Source: an uncultured Clostridia bacterium (GTDB lineage: Bacteria; Bacillota; Clostridia; TANB77; CAG-508). Taken from it: 64,000 nt of DNA. The notes under the pieces were generated by a model. It worked only from the letters and a program-made list of their open reading frames with translations. It ran no database searches and was not told the DNA's origin. Positions 51,844 through 63,887 of the stretch are shown here, piece by piece. The stretch is from the NCBI GenBank assembly GCA_904419495.1, contig CAJFRV010000007.1, positions 21,763 through 85,762 on the forward strand. The letters are read 5' to 3'. Each line of letters starts with the position of its first letter. Position 1 is the first letter of the stretch. The translations under genes and the position numbers were made by a program.

Positions 51844-54184
51844 TTGAAAGATAAGTTAGAAAAATGTAAAAGATTAATAATATACACACTAAAACTGCGC
51901 AAAAACGATAGCATATATTATCAAGAATTTCTTGAAATTTATAAAAAATCACAAGAAATATTAGGGCAAGAAGGGATTTTTTTAAATGAGAAAGATTTTG
52001 CAGAAAAAATATTAGAGCTTACTTTACTATCTTATAAAGCCATAAAATATGCAAAGGGTTCGGCAAAAATATTAAAAAACTATCAAGTCGATTCTCAAGA
52101 AATAGAAAATATAAGAAAAAAACTGATTTGTCAAGAAAGATTACATAAAGGCCAACAATTAACTTATGATATGATAAGGAAGTTTTTTGAAAATGAGCAA
52201 TATTTCTTACCTTTAGAAGAAAAGGAATATTTTGAAAAAATGCTAGATATTACAAATTTTAGACTTAGAAATATAAAATCTAAACCAGATAAAGCAAAGA
52301 CATCAATATTGGAAAATGAGGAAGTTAGTGATGAAGAAATTAGAAGTTTTAAAGAAAAACTTTTAAAAGAAGAAAAACTGCATTCAGGTGATACATTAAC
52401 ATATGAACAATGTAGAAATTTATTTGAAAAACATCATATCAGAATATCAGAAATAGATTTTATGGATAAAATATTAGATATAACAAATAAGGCCTACACA
52501 GAAATTAGGTATAATCCACAAAAAAGAGTAAGGATTTTAAAGAAAACAACTTTAAATAAAGAATTAATTTTGAAAATAAGAAGATATATCATTTGGAAAG
52601 AAAAGCTTTATAAAAAGCAGGAAAAGATTTATGATGAAATTAAAGCAATTTTTGATAAATATTATACTGTTCTATCAGAAATAGAATTTGCTGAAAAAAT
52701 GCTAGATATAACTGAGGCAAGTCTTAGAACGGTCAAAAGTAATGGAAATAAAGCAGTTATATTAAAAGACTTAGAAATAGATGAGAATACCATATCTAAG
52801 TTTAGAAAAAAACTTATCCAAAAAGAAAATCTGCACATAGGAGAAGGGATAACTTATTCACAATTTAAAAGAATATATAATGAGAATTATTTCCCATTAA
52901 ATGAAAAAGAATTTGCAGAGAAAATGTTAGATATTACATCAAAAGTATATGACAATCTGAAATCTACTAATAACACAAAAAAGAAAGCGATTATACTACA
53001 AAATGAAAAAATTTCTCCAGATGAAATTAAAGCCTTACAACAAGGAATATTAAAGGAATTACAAATAGGTGAATGGATAGATATAGATTGTTTGAGAGAA
53101 ATATATAAAAAATATCCTATTAGATTATTAGAAAGGGATTATGCAGAACAAATATTAGAAATTCCTAAAAGTAAATTGCATGATATGAGAGGAAAAAGAA
53201 AAATCAAAGCAAGAATTTTTTTAGGACTGTTAGAAAAATATGGTACAGAGATATCTAAATCTCTTGATAGTAATGGTTATTATTTAGGATATAGGATAGA
53301 CTTAGAAGAATTTGAAAAAATTTATGAAAAATTTGGTAAACAAGGAACCAGAAGAACTTTTGCTGAAGTAATCGGTGTTGATATACGGAATTTTACGAAA
53401 AGGCTTAAAACAACCAATTTTAAACAAAAGAATAAAAAAAGCAAAAGATAATTTTAAAAATAGTATAAAAGATACAAGTGTAGAATTTCATTCAAAACAA
53501 GAAATAAAAACATTTGCAGAGGAAAATGATATTACATTTGAAGAGTGCTTAAAATATATATTGACAATATTTATTTATGATGTAAAGGAAATTAAAGAAA
53601 TATTAGAAAAACAAAATGGATGTTGGTATGGCAAGAAAAAAATAGGGTGTTCAACAGAATTTATACAGAAATATGTAAATAGAATTACAGATATTTCTAG
53701 AGCTATAGCAGTAAAATTGTGCAACAATTATAAAATTGCTTCAAAGATAGAAGATTATGCATCAGATGCATTTCTATATATTATAGAAAAATGTGGTGAT
53801 TTAGAAAAAAATTTTGAAGATGATGAAGACACACTTTTTAGAAAAATAACATTGAGAGCTAAATTGGCAATGAAAGGCAAAATAATATTGGATAATTTTG
53901 TGATTAAGAAAACTAGAACATGTTACAATACAGATAAATATGGAAATCTTGAAGTAAAAGATGATAAATCAGATGTAGAAAATGAAGCTTTAAAGAAAGT
54001 GTATGATGAAGATAAAGATATAGCACAAATAAAAATGGAGATTCTTAAGAGAATTGATATGGGAGAAGATGTAGATGATGTGTTAGAAGATTTATCCGAG
54101 AAACTAAGTTGTGATAAAAATGAACTAGTAATGAAAATTAGAGAATATTATATTGAAAATACAAATGAAGGTATTTCATATTAA
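51844..54184 (+). CDS. Large hypothetical repeat protein (two overlapping ORFs, probably one gene split by a +1 shift at CGG 53386)
   Basis: About six ~75-80-aa repeats containing (F/Y)xxK(M/I)L(D/E)IT-like motifs; ORF2 overlaps ORF1 in the +1 frame with no RBS. Confidence 0.6.
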
Positions 54185-54315
54185 AGAATTAAAATGGGGT
54201 AGCTTAATCTAAGAAATAAAAGGATTGAGCTACTTCTTTGTAATTTTAAGAAAAATAATTGCTTAAAAAATGAATGACTGATATAATTAAAGAAAAAATA
54301 AAGGAAGAAAAAATA

Positions 54316-54846
54316 ATGAAAACATTAATTTTAAATGGTTCACCTCATAAAAATGGAGACACAGCATATATGGTAAGTAAGATAAAAGAAAAGTTAGATG
54401 GAGAATTTGAAGAAATCTATCTATATGATGAAAATATAAAACCATGTATAGATTGTAGATACTGTTGGAAACAGGAAGGATGTAGTATCAAAGATGGAAT
54501 GGAGAAAATTTATAAAGATAACTATGATGTTCTTATATTAGCTTCTCCTGTATATATGTATAATATGACACCACCTATGTTTAACATGGTAACAAGATTA
54601 AATTGGATATGGAGTAATCAATACTTTTTAAACAAAGAAATCGTTTTTAAGAAAAAAAGAGGTATTTTAGTTTTAGCCGGTGGGGGAAGTGGAGAACCAA
54701 GGCATGCACTAGATATGGCTAAATTAGTTTTTAAGTTTTTGAATGCAGATTTTGATATGGAAAAAGATTATATTTATTCATTACATACAAATGAAATACC
54801 CGCAAAAGAAGATAAACAAATAGAAGAAATGATAAAAAAATTATAG
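54316..54846 (+). CDS. Flavodoxin-fold NADPH-dependent FMN reductase / iron-sulfur flavoprotein
   Basis: LNGSPHKNGDT, CIDCRYCWKQEGC, LASPVY. Confidence 0.85.
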   Translation: MKTLILNGSPHKNGDTAYMVSKIKEKLDGEFEEIYLYDENIKPCIDCRYCWKQEGCSIKDGMEKIYKDNYDVLILASPVYMYNMTPPMFNMVTRLNWIWSNQYFLNKEIVFKKKRGILVLAGGGSGEPRHALDMAKLVFKFLNADFDMEKDYIYSLHTNEIPAKEDKQIEEMIKKL

Positions 54847-54859
54847 GAGGAATTTTTAT

Positions 54860-55984
54860 ATGAAAAAAATATCTATTTTTGGTTCAACAGGTTCTATTGG
54901 AACTACAACATTAAGAATTGTAGAGGAAAATCCTAATTTATTTCAAGCAATTACATTAGTGGCAGGAAGAAATATTACAAAATTGATTGAGCAAATTCAC
55001 AAATTTCAACCAAAACATGTGTATATTACAGCAAAAGAAAATGCAGATAGGTTAAAAAAAGAATTCCCTGATTTAGACATCTATTATGGAGAAAAAGGGT
55101 TAGAAGAAATTTCTAAATTAGAAGATGCGGATATTGCTGTATCAGCTTTAGTTGGGATTTCAGGATTAGAACCAACCTACAACATGATAAAACATACAAA
55201 ACAAGTTGCATTAGCCAATAAAGAAGTATTGGTAACAGGTGGTTCTCTCATTATGAATTTAGCAAAAGAATGTAAAACAGAGTTACTAACAGTAGATAGT
55301 GAACATAGTGCCATTATGCAATGTCTGAGAGGAGAAGAAACCAACCCTATTGATAAAATATTATTAACTGCATCAGGAGGACCATTTTTTGATAAACCAA
55401 TTACAGATGATATCACACCAGAACAAGCTTTAAATCATCCTACATGGAAAATGGGACCAAAAGTTACCATTGACTCATCTACTATGATGAATAAAGGATT
55501 TGAAGTTATAGAAGCTAAATGGTTGTTTGATGTAGATCCATCAAATATCCAAGTGGTTGTACATAGACAAAGTTTGGTACATTCTATGGTACAATTTAAA
55601 GATGGAACAATTATGGCAAATATTGGACCAAAAGATATGCAAATCCCAATTGCATATGCTTTAAATTATCCAACTAGGTTAGAAAATAACATTGAGAAAT
55701 TAGATTTATTTGAAGTGCAAACATTAAAATTTGAAAAGCCAGATTTAGAAAAATTTAAATGTTTAAAATTAGCTTTCCAAGCAATAGAAATGGGGCATAG
55801 TGCGCAAGTTGTCCTAAATGCTGCAAATGAGGTGGCAGTAAAGAAATTTTTGGATAAAAAAATTAAGTATACAGACATTCCTAAAATGATAGAAAAAGCG
55901 TTAAACAATCATAAAGTTAAATCTTTAACAACTGTAGAAGAGATTTTAGAACTGGATAAGAAAGTTAGAGAAGAACTTTTATAG
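54860..55984 (+). CDS. dxr: 1-deoxy-D-xylulose-5-phosphate reductoisomerase
   Basis: GSTGSIG, LANKE, VDSEHSA, TASGGPF, HPTWKMGPKVTIDS, NAANE. Confidence 0.97.
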   Translation: MKKISIFGSTGSIGTTTLRIVEENPNLFQAITLVAGRNITKLIEQIHKFQPKHVYITAKENADRLKKEFPDLDIYYGEKGLEEISKLEDADIAVSALVGISGLEPTYNMIKHTKQVALANKEVLVTGGSLIMNLAKECKTELLTVDSEHSAIMQCLRGEETNPIDKILLTASGGPFFDKPITDDITPEQALNHPTWKMGPKVTIDSSTMMNKGFEVIEAKWLFDVDPSNIQVVVHRQSLVHSMVQFKDGTIMANIGPKDMQIPIAYALNYPTRLENNIEKLDLFEVQTLKFEKPDLEKFKCLKLAFQAIEMGHSAQVVLNAANEVAVKKFLDKKIKYTDIPKMIEKALNNHKVKSLTTVEEILELDKKVREELL

Positions 55985-55992
55985 AATCAGCT

Positions 55993-56028
55993 AAATTAAA
56001 AAGATATCTTTCGATATCTTTTTAATTT
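55993..56028. terminator. Bidirectional terminator
   Basis: AAATTAAAAAGATATC-TTTC-GATATCTTTTTAATTT between convergent dxr and guaA. Confidence 0.75.
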
Positions 56029-56042
56029 TATAATATTTCAAA

Positions 56043-57581
56043 TTATTCCCATTCAATTGTTGCAGGTGGTTTTGAAGTAATATCATAAACTACTCTATTA
56101 ACATGTTTTACTTCGTTTACAATTCTAGATGAAACTTTTTCTAATATTTCGTATGGAATTTTACTCCAAACTCCTGTCATGAAATCTGTTGTTTCTACTG
56201 CACGTAATGCAATTGTATAATCATAAGTTCTTTCATCTCCCATAACACCAACAGATTTTAAATTTGTTAATACAGCAAAATATTGATTTATAGATTTATG
56301 TAGTCCAGCATTTGCAATTTCTTCTCTAAAAATACTGTCTGCTTCTTTTAATATATCTAATTTATCTTCTGTAATATCACCAATAACTCTAATTGCTAAT
56401 CCCGGTCCGGGGAATGGTTGTCTAAACACTAAGTTTTCTGGTATTCCCAATTCTAAACCAGTCTTTCTAACTTCATCTTTAAATAAATTTCTTAATGGCT
56501 CTACAATTTCTTTAAAATCTACATAATCTGGAAGTCCACCAACATTGTGATGACTTTTAATAACAGAACTTTTTCCTAAACCACTTTCGATAACGTCAGG
56601 GTAGATAGTACCTTGCACTAGAAAATCTACTGTACCAATTTTCTTTGCTTCTTCTTCAAAAACTCTAATAAATTCTTCTCCAATAATTTTTCTTTTTCTT
56701 TCTGGATCGGTAACACCAGCAAGTTTTGCTAAAAATCTATCTTTTGCATTTACTCTAATTAAGTTAATATCAAATTGATTTCTGAAAACTTCTTCAACTT
56801 CATCACCTTCATTTTTACGAAGTAGGCCATGGTCAACAAAAATACATGTTAAGTTTTTGCCAATTGCTTTATGTAATAATACAGCTGCAACAGATGAATC
56901 AACACCACCAGATAGGGCACATAAAGCCTTTTTATCTCCAATTTTCTCTTTTAAAGTTTTAATGCTATCTTCTACAAAAGAAGAAATTTGCCAATCTCCA
57001 GAACAACCACAAATGTTAAATAAGAAATTCTTAATGACTTGTGTTCCATTCACAGATAAGTTTACCTCTGGATGGAATTGAATACCATATAGTTTTTTCT
57101 CTGCATTTTCCATTGCAGCATTTGGGCAATGATTTGTTGAACCAATATTTTTAAAACCATTTGGTACTTCAGATACAAAGTCTGTATGACTCATTAAGAA
57201 ATCATTTGTTGTTTCAAATCCTTGAAATAGGGAAGAGGTGTTATCGATATTTACCTTAGTTGTTCCATATTCTCTTGTATTTGCTCTTGCTACATTTCCA
57301 CCTAAAGTATAGGTCATTAATTGCATACCATAACAAATTCCTAAAACAGGAATACCTAAATCAAAAATGCCTTCTGCACATTTAGGAGAATCTTCTCCAT
57401 AAACACTGGCAGGTCCACCTGTAAAGATAATTCCTTTTGGATTTTTTTCTTTGATTTTTTCGATAGAAATGTTGTATGGTACAACTTCAGAATATACATT
57501 ACATTCTCTAACTCTTCTTGCAATTAGTTGATTGTATTGTCCACCAAAGTCTAAAATTAAAATTAATTCATTTTCTTTCAT
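56043..57581 (-). CDS. guaA: GMP synthase (glutamine-hydrolysing)
   Basis: [46 protein letters not shown]. Confidence 0.98.
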   Translation of the reverse strand: MKENELILILDFGGQYNQLIARRVRECNVYSEVVPYNISIEKIKEKNPKGIIFTGGPASVYGEDSPKCAEGIFDLGIPVLGICYGMQLMTYTLGGNVARANTREYGTTKVNIDNTSSLFQGFETTNDFLMSHTDFVSEVPNGFKNIGSTNHCPNAAMENAEKKLYGIQFHPEVNLSVNGTQVIKNFLFNICGCSGDWQISSFVEDSIKTLKEKIGDKKALCALSGGVDSSVAAVLLHKAIGKNLTCIFVDHGLLRKNEGDEVEEVFRNQFDINLIRVNAKDRFLAKLAGVTDPERKRKIIGEEFIRVFEEEAKKIGTVDFLVQGTIYPDVIESGLGKSSVIKSHHNVGGLPDYVDFKEIVEPLRNLFKDEVRKTGLELGIPENLVFRQPFPGPGLAIRVIGDITEDKLDILKEADSIFREEIANAGLHKSINQYFAVLTNLKSVGVMGDERTYDYTIALRAVETTDFMTGVWSKIPYEILEKVSSRIVNEVKHVNRVVYDITSKPPATIEWE

Positions 57582-57759
57582 ATTTACCTCCGTTTTTCTA
57601 TATTATAAAATAGAAAACAATTTTATATCAAAAATTTTATCACATTTTGTAAAAAAAGTAAAGATTGCAAACTATGTATAAATTTGTTATAATTAATAGA
57701 GAAAAGATTGGTATTTCGGAGTTACTACATAAAAAAATCAATTAACCACCGAAAGGAGA

Positions 57760-59037
57760 TTGGTTATGGGATATATAGATGAAAAAGAAGTAATAAAAGA
57801 AAATGTAAAGCTTACGCAAAGATTCGACAATAAACTTCCATATGATATATATTATGTAGAATTTAAATTACTAGATGGAACATCTAAAAAAGTAAGAGTA
57901 TTTTCTGAAAAAGGCACAATTCCAGATATGCGTTCAAAAGAATACGAAGAATTAAAAAAATCCCATGGACATGAAATAAAAGAATTCTTTTTTACAAGAT
58001 TATTGGGAAAAAATGGACTAATGGCAAAAGAAGGTCGTGAAGACTACATATATTTAGGTGGTGGCTTTTTAGAAAGAGGATATCTAGCAAGTCGACATAT
58101 AGTATTAGAAAATGGAAAAACTGGACAAGAACAGTTTGACGATAATTTATTTAAATTAAAATTACAAGTTGAAACTATAGAGAAAGAAGAAACAGAAAAT
58201 AAAGAAAATACAGGTAAACATTATGCAATAAGTGATTTACATGGTCATTATGGAACATATACAGAGATTATGAAACGACTTACTTCAAAAGACCACTTAT
58301 ATATTTTAGGAGATGTGATTGATAGAACCCCCTATGGCATAAAGATTCTGCTAGATATCATAAGGCGTCAGCAACAACCAGAAAGAAATCCTCAAATAAC
58401 ATTTCTTTTAGGGAACCATGAAATGCAATTAATAAAAACATTAACCATACGAAAAGAATACAATAGAGCTCATCCAGAAAATTCATTATCTTTAGAAGAC
58501 ATACATAATGGACGTTATGCTATGAGCAGAATGTCTGAACATGATAAACATTATATAGATACTTGGTTAAATAGTAATGGTGGAGATCAAACTTATCCAT
58601 ATTTTGTAAATGCATCAGATGAAGAAAAAAAACAGATACTAGAGCTTTTCGATAAGGCTTATGTCATATTGCCACAAACAATTAATGGACAAGATTATCT
58701 ATTAGTACATGCTGAACCAACAACAGATATAGAAATATTAAAAGAAATGAAACAAACAGGAAAAGGGTATCGATATTCAGAATTATCGAATAGTGAAAGA
58801 AAACATATGCTAGAAAGTAGAGGCGTAGAGGGATATAGAGAAGCAAGAAATGTTGGATTTGTCACAACAATATGTGGACATACACCTTGGTCTGAAATTT
58901 ATATAAATGAAAAAAGAGGAGTTATTAGAATAGACACAGGAGCAAGTAATCGTATAGCCTTGTACTGCATAGACGATGGCTCTGTTCAATACATTCCCAA
59001 CAAGGAAAATGAGATTGACAACCTCCAATATAAATAA
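57760..59037 (+). CDS. Calcineurin-like metallophosphoesterase with uncharacterised N-terminal domain
   Basis: SDLHG, LGDVIDR, LGNHE, VHA, CGHT, IDTG (PPP-type phosphatase motifs). Confidence 0.85.
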   Translation: MVMGYIDEKEVIKENVKLTQRFDNKLPYDIYYVEFKLLDGTSKKVRVFSEKGTIPDMRSKEYEELKKSHGHEIKEFFFTRLLGKNGLMAKEGREDYIYLGGGFLERGYLASRHIVLENGKTGQEQFDDNLFKLKLQVETIEKEETENKENTGKHYAISDLHGHYGTYTEIMKRLTSKDHLYILGDVIDRTPYGIKILLDIIRRQQQPERNPQITFLLGNHEMQLIKTLTIRKEYNRAHPENSLSLEDIHNGRYAMSRMSEHDKHYIDTWLNSNGGDQTYPYFVNASDEEKKQILELFDKAYVILPQTINGQDYLLVHAEPTTDIEILKEMKQTGKGYRYSELSNSERKHMLESRGVEGYREARNVGFVTTICGHTPWSEIYINEKRGVIRIDTGASNRIALYCIDDGSVQYIPNKENEIDNLQYK

Positions 59038-59107
59038 GGTAAAATTAGTGCAGAAAAAATCAGAAAGCCGTAAAATGTATACGAATTTTATGGATTTCTG
59101 ATTTTTT

Positions 59108-59656
59108 CTATAGCACGCCACTTGTAGGAATATAGGTATCATCTGGAGGATAAACATATTCTTCATTTGGTTTATCAACTGTTTTCATTTCTGTAACTTT
59201 AACAATTGGCATATCACCATGATAGTTGCCTTTGGTTATTTCACCAGCTAATTCTACCCATGTATTATCTTTAAAGTCTTGTGCTTTATCAAACTCACAT
59301 AGAAAACCTACAATCACATATTGAAAATCAGAAGAAATAATCATATCTCTTGCCAATATAAATTGGGTATCTGTTAAATCTAAGACACGATATACATACC
59401 CTGTAAATTGGATTTTTACTCCAACATAATTATCTATATTTTCATGAACTGCTTTCAAAACATTGGTATAGTTTTTTGTAGAAATAATAGAAACATCATC
59501 TTGAGGCATGCAACTAGAAATATTTCTATTATTTTTAGCACCAGTAAACAGTTTAATACTAACAAAAATTAAGATAACAATAATCAATAACACAATCCCT
59601 GTAAAGAAATATTTAAAAATTTTACTACCATTTACTTTAAAATTATATATAAACAT
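59108..59656 (-). CDS. Membrane-anchored protein resembling the DUF1980/TIGR03943 C-terminal domain
   Basis: One TM helix, YVGVKIQFTGYVYR, FILAR, DNTWVELAG, PNEEYVYP. Confidence 0.6.
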   Translation of the reverse strand: MFIYNFKVNGSKIFKYFFTGIVLLIIVILIFVSIKLFTGAKNNRNISSCMPQDDVSIISTKNYTNVLKAVHENIDNYVGVKIQFTGYVYRVLDLTDTQFILARDMIISSDFQYVIVGFLCEFDKAQDFKDNTWVELAGEITKGNYHGDMPIVKVTEMKTVDKPNEEYVYPPDDTYIPTSGVL

Positions 59657-59718
59657 AAAAAATCCTTTCTTTCATAAGTTTTGTTATTTAAATATATGTA
59701 TGAAAAAATCGATTATGC

Positions 59719-59840
59719 TAAAATTGTGATGATTTTGGGGACGGAGCAAAAAATCATCATTTATATAAAGACTTTTTATATGATTTTTCATAGAATAAAT
59801 GATGATTTTTTGCTCCGTCCCCAAAATCATCACAATTTTA
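59719..59840. repeat. REP-like doublet (perfect 46-bp inverted repeat, 30-bp spacer)
   Basis: TAAAATTGTGATGATTTTGGGGACGGAGCAAAAAATCATCATTTAT at 59719-59764 and its exact reverse complement at 59795-59840. Confidence 0.9.
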
Positions 59841-59927
59841 ATAAATGACTTTAAAACACTTGATAAAAAAAGATTTTAGTGATATAGTAACAAAGTGAAA
59901 AAATAAACTTAGGAGGACCGATTAACA

Positions 59928-62672
59928 ATGGGATTATTTAAAACATATAGTGAGAAAGAAGTAAAAAGAGTAAAGCCATTAGTTACTAAAATCAATGCAC
60001 TTGAAGAAGAAATGCAAAAATTAAGTGATAGTGAATTAAGAGGAAAAACAGACTATTTTAAAAAACAATTAGCAGATGGTAAAACATTAGATGATATATT
60101 ACCAGAAGCATTCGCAGTTGTTAGAGAAGCTTCTAAAAGAGTTTTAGGAATGAGACACTTTGATGTGCAATTAATTGGTGGTATTATCTTGCACCAAGGT
60201 AGAATCGCAGAAATGAAAACAGGTGAAGGAAAAACATTAGTTGCTACATTGCCAGTATACTTAAATGCACTTGAAGGAAAAGGTGTTCACGTTATTACAG
60301 TAAATGATTACCTAGCAAAAAGAGATAGTGAATGGATGGGAAAACTATATAAATTCTTAGGGCTATCTGTTGGATTAGTAATTAGCGGTATGGAGCCTAA
60401 AGCAAAACAAGAAGCATATAATGCAGATGTTACATATGGTACAAATAATGAATTTGGATTTGATTACTTAAGAGATAATATGGTTATTTATAAAGATCAA
60501 TTGGTACAAAGAGGATTACATTATGCCATTGTCGATGAGATCGATAGTATTTTAATTGATGAAGCTAGAACACCACTGATTATTTCAGGAAGAGCAAATC
60601 AATCATCTGATTTATATAAAAAAGCAGATAATTTTGTTAGAAGATTAACACCAAAAGTCATTGTAGAAGAAGATGTTAAGAATTATGAACAAGCAGAAGA
60701 CAATGAAAAATATGACTATATTGTAGACTTAAAAGCAAAATCTGCATCATTAACACAAAAAGGTATCAAAAAAGCAGAAGAAGCCTTTGGACTAGAAAAT
60801 TTCAACGACTTAGAAAATTCAACATTAGTTCATCATGTAAACCAAGCTTTAAGAGCACATGGTGTTATGAAAAAAGACATTGACTATATCGTAAAAGATG
60901 GAGAAGTATTAATTGTTGATGAATTTACAGGTCGTATCATGTATGGAAGAAGATATAACAATGGATTACATCAAGCAATAGAAGCAAAAGAGCATGTAAA
61001 AATTGCTGATGAATCAAAAACATTGGCAACCATTACATTCCAAAATTATTTTAGAATGTACGAAAAGTTATCTGGTATGACAGGTACAGCTATGACAGAA
61101 GAAGCAGAATTCGAAGAAATCTATAACTTAGATGTTGTTGAAATACCTACAAATAAGCCAATGATTCGTAAAGATGAAAATGATGTCATTTACAAAAATG
61201 AAAATGCCAAATTTAGAGCAATTGTAAGAAGTATTAAAGAAAGCCATGAAAAAGGTCAACCAGTTTTAGTAGGTACTGTTTCTATTGAAAAATCTGAAAA
61301 ATTAAGCAGATTGTTGAAACAAGAAGGTATTAAACATGAAGTATTAAATGCCAAATATCATGAAAAAGAAGCTGAAATTGTTGCACAAGCTGGTAAGTTT
61401 GGAGCAGTAACCATTGCAACAAACATGGCAGGACGTGGTACAGATATTATCTTAGGTGGAAATAGTGAATTTTTAGCTAAAGAAGAAATGAGAAGAAAGA
61501 AAATGTCTCATGAATTAATTGAAGAGGCGAACACTTATTATGAAACAGATAATGAAGATATCTTAAATGCTAGAAAAGAATTTAAAAAATTAGTTGATAA
61601 ATATGAAGAACAAATTGAAGAAGAAAAACAAAAAGTTATCGATGCTGGTGGATTAAAAATTATTGGAACAGAGAGACACGAATCAAGAAGAATTGACAAC
61701 CAGTTAAGAGGTCGTTCAGGACGTCAAGGAGATATTGGTGAATCTAAATTCTATATCGCATTAGATGACGACTTAATGAAAATCTTTGGTGGAGATGTCA
61801 TCACAAAAGTATACAATTCATTAGGTGCAGATGAAAATATGCCTATTGATTCTAAAATCATATCTAGAGCTGTTGAAAATGCTCAAAAGAAAGTAGAAGG
61901 AAGAAACTTTAGTATTCGTAAGAATGTATTAAAATATGATGATGTTATGAATGCACAAAGAGAAATTATTTATGCACAAAGACGTGAAGTTTTAGATGGT
62001 GAAAATATTCATGATAATATCATAGATATGGTAAATTCTGTTGCTGATGCTACAGTTAACATGTATGTAGAACCAGAAAATAATGAAGTAAATATCGAAG
62101 CTTTAAATCAAGATATTTTAAATACTTATGGAATAGATATGCTTACATATATTAAGGACCATAACTCTGAACCAGAGAAAATTTCTAAAGAACTAGTTAA
62201 ACAAGCAAATGCAAAATATGTAGAAAAAGAAACAGAAATTGGATCTGAGCAAATGAGAGAACTTGAAAGAATTGTTATGCTTAAGGTTGTTGATGAAAAA
62301 TGGATGAACCATATAGACAGTATGGATGAACTAAAAAATGGTATTGGACTTCGTGCTTATGGACAACAAGACCCTGTTGTTAAATACAGAATTGAAGGTA
62401 TGGACATGTTTGAAGAAATGGTTTCAGATATAAAAGTAGATGTAACAAAAATCTTAATGAATATTCGTGAGCAAGGTGAGGCAAAAAGACAAGAAACTGT
62501 TAAGATTACTGGAGCAGCATTAGAAGCAATCCATAGTGTTGATGGAGGAGCAAAAATTGGAACAGATGTTGATAGAACTATTAGAAATGAGGGACCAAAG
62601 GTAGGAAGAAATGACCCATGTCCATGCGGAAGTGGGAAGAAATATAAGAACTGTTGTGGAAAGAATGCATAA
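59928..62672 (+). CDS. secA: Preprotein translocase subunit SecA
   Basis: [70 protein letters not shown]. Confidence 0.98.
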   Translation: MGLFKTYSEKEVKRVKPLVTKINALEEEMQKLSDSELRGKTDYFKKQLADGKTLDDILPEAFAVVREASKRVLGMRHFDVQLIGGIILHQGRIAEMKTGEGKTLVATLPVYLNALEGKGVHVITVNDYLAKRDSEWMGKLYKFLGLSVGLVISGMEPKAKQEAYNADVTYGTNNEFGFDYLRDNMVIYKDQLVQRGLHYAIVDEIDSILIDEARTPLIISGRANQSSDLYKKADNFVRRLTPKVIVEEDVKNYEQAEDNEKYDYIVDLKAKSASLTQKGIKKAEEAFGLENFNDLENSTLVHHVNQALRAHGVMKKDIDYIVKDGEVLIVDEFTGRIMYGRRYNNGLHQAIEAKEHVKIADESKTLATITFQNYFRMYEKLSGMTGTAMTEEAEFEEIYNLDVVEIPTNKPMIRKDENDVIYKNENAKFRAIVRSIKESHEKGQPVLVGTVSIEKSEKLSRLLKQEGIKHEVLNAKYHEKEAEIVAQAGKFGAVTIATNMAGRGTDIILGGNSEFLAKEEMRRKKMSHELIEEANTYYETDNEDILNARKEFKKLVDKYEEQIEEEKQKVIDAGGLKIIGTERHESRRIDNQLRGRSGRQGDIGESKFYIALDDDLMKIFGGDVITKVYNSLGADENMPIDSKIISRAVENAQKKVEGRNFSIRKNVLKYDDVMNAQREIIYAQRREVLDGENIHDNIIDMVNSVADATVNMYVEPENNEVNIEALNQDILNTYGIDMLTYIKDHNSEPEKISKELVKQANAKYVEKETEIGSEQMRELERIVMLKVVDEKWMNHIDSMDELKNGIGLRAYGQQDPVVKYRIEGMDMFEEMVSDIKVDVTKILMNIREQGEAKRQETVKITGAALEAIHSVDGGAKIGTDVDRTIRNEGPKVGRNDPCPCGSGKKYKNCCGKNA

Positions 62673-62785
62673 TAGGAGTATTTCAATTAATAATAATGGG
62701 GGGAGGCTTAAAGTCTCCACTTTTGCATTTACTATTTATAGAAATATTATATAATAATACATATATAAGTTAGGAGTGTGATAAT

Positions 62786-63887
62786 ATGTTAGAATTAGAA
62801 GAAAATTCAAAACTTCTAAAAATATTAGAAGAAAAATTACAAGATTTAGGTGAGTCACTTTGACATTTCTGAATTAGAAAATGAATTAAAAGATTTAGAG
62901 GCTGAAACCTTAAAAGAAGATTTCTGGCAAGATACCAAACATTCTAATAAGGTATTAGCAAAAGTTAAAAGTATTAAAAATAAAGTAAATGAATATAGAA
63001 AGATAGAAAGTGAAATACAAAATCTAACTGAGTTAACCGATTTAACAAATATAGAACCTGATGAAGAAATTGCAAAAGATATTATCAAAAACACTAAAAT
63101 TTTGGAACAGGAAGTAGAAAAATTAGAAATTGCTACTTTATTATCTGGAAAATATGATAGTAACAATGCAATTGTAACCATTCATCCCGGAGCAGGAGGA
63201 ACAGAATCACAAGATTGGGCTGAAATGTTATATAGAATGTATACTAGATGGGCAGATAAGAATGGATATACTGTAACGGAACTAGACTATTTAGAAGGTG
63301 AAGAAGCTGGAATAAAAAGTGTAACTTTTGAAATTATTGGAGAATATGCCTATGGATATATGAAAGGGGAGATGGGGGTGCATAGATTGGTTCGAATTTC
63401 TCCATTTGATAGTGGTGGAAGGAGACATACCTCGTTTGCCTCAGTAGAAGTATTGCCTGAGATTACAGATGATATTGAAATTGAAATTAATCCAGATGAT
63501 TTAAGAATAGATACTTATAGAGCTTCAGGAGCAGGAGGACAACATATTAACAAAACATCTTCAGCAGTAAGAATTACGCATTTGCCAACCAATATTGTAG
63601 TTGCTTGTCAATCTGAACGTTCACAAATACAAAATAGAGAAACGGCTATGAAAATGTTAAAATCAAAATTATTTGACTTAAAGGAAAAAGAACATAAAGA
63701 AAAAATAGAAGATTTGAAAGGAGAACAACGAGAAATTGCTTGGGGAAGTCAAATTCGTTCTTATGTATTCTGTCCATATACTATGGTAAAAGATCATAGA
63801 ACAAATTATGAAGTAGGGAATGTAGAAGCCGTTATGGATGGAAAAATAGATGATTTTATGGAAAGTTATCTAAAATATTGTAAATAA
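62786..63887 (+). CDS. prfB: Peptide chain release factor 2 with programmed +1 frameshift
   Basis: ATG 62786 reads to CTT TGA C (62858-62864), preceded by an internal SD-like AGGTGAG. The +1 frame has SPF and GGQ motifs. Confidence 0.97.

Noticed and set aside
62850..62870. prfB frameshift as a novelty or error
   Set aside because: It is the well-known CTT-TGA-C autoregulatory +1 frameshift; the GTG 62850 start in the ORF track is an artefact.
721..63181. Many 60-150-aa antisense or overlapping ORFs in the track (e.g. 8481-8945, 47363-47794, 62357-62686)
   Set aside because: They are shadows of well-supported genes on the opposite strand, with no RBS or recognisable motifs.
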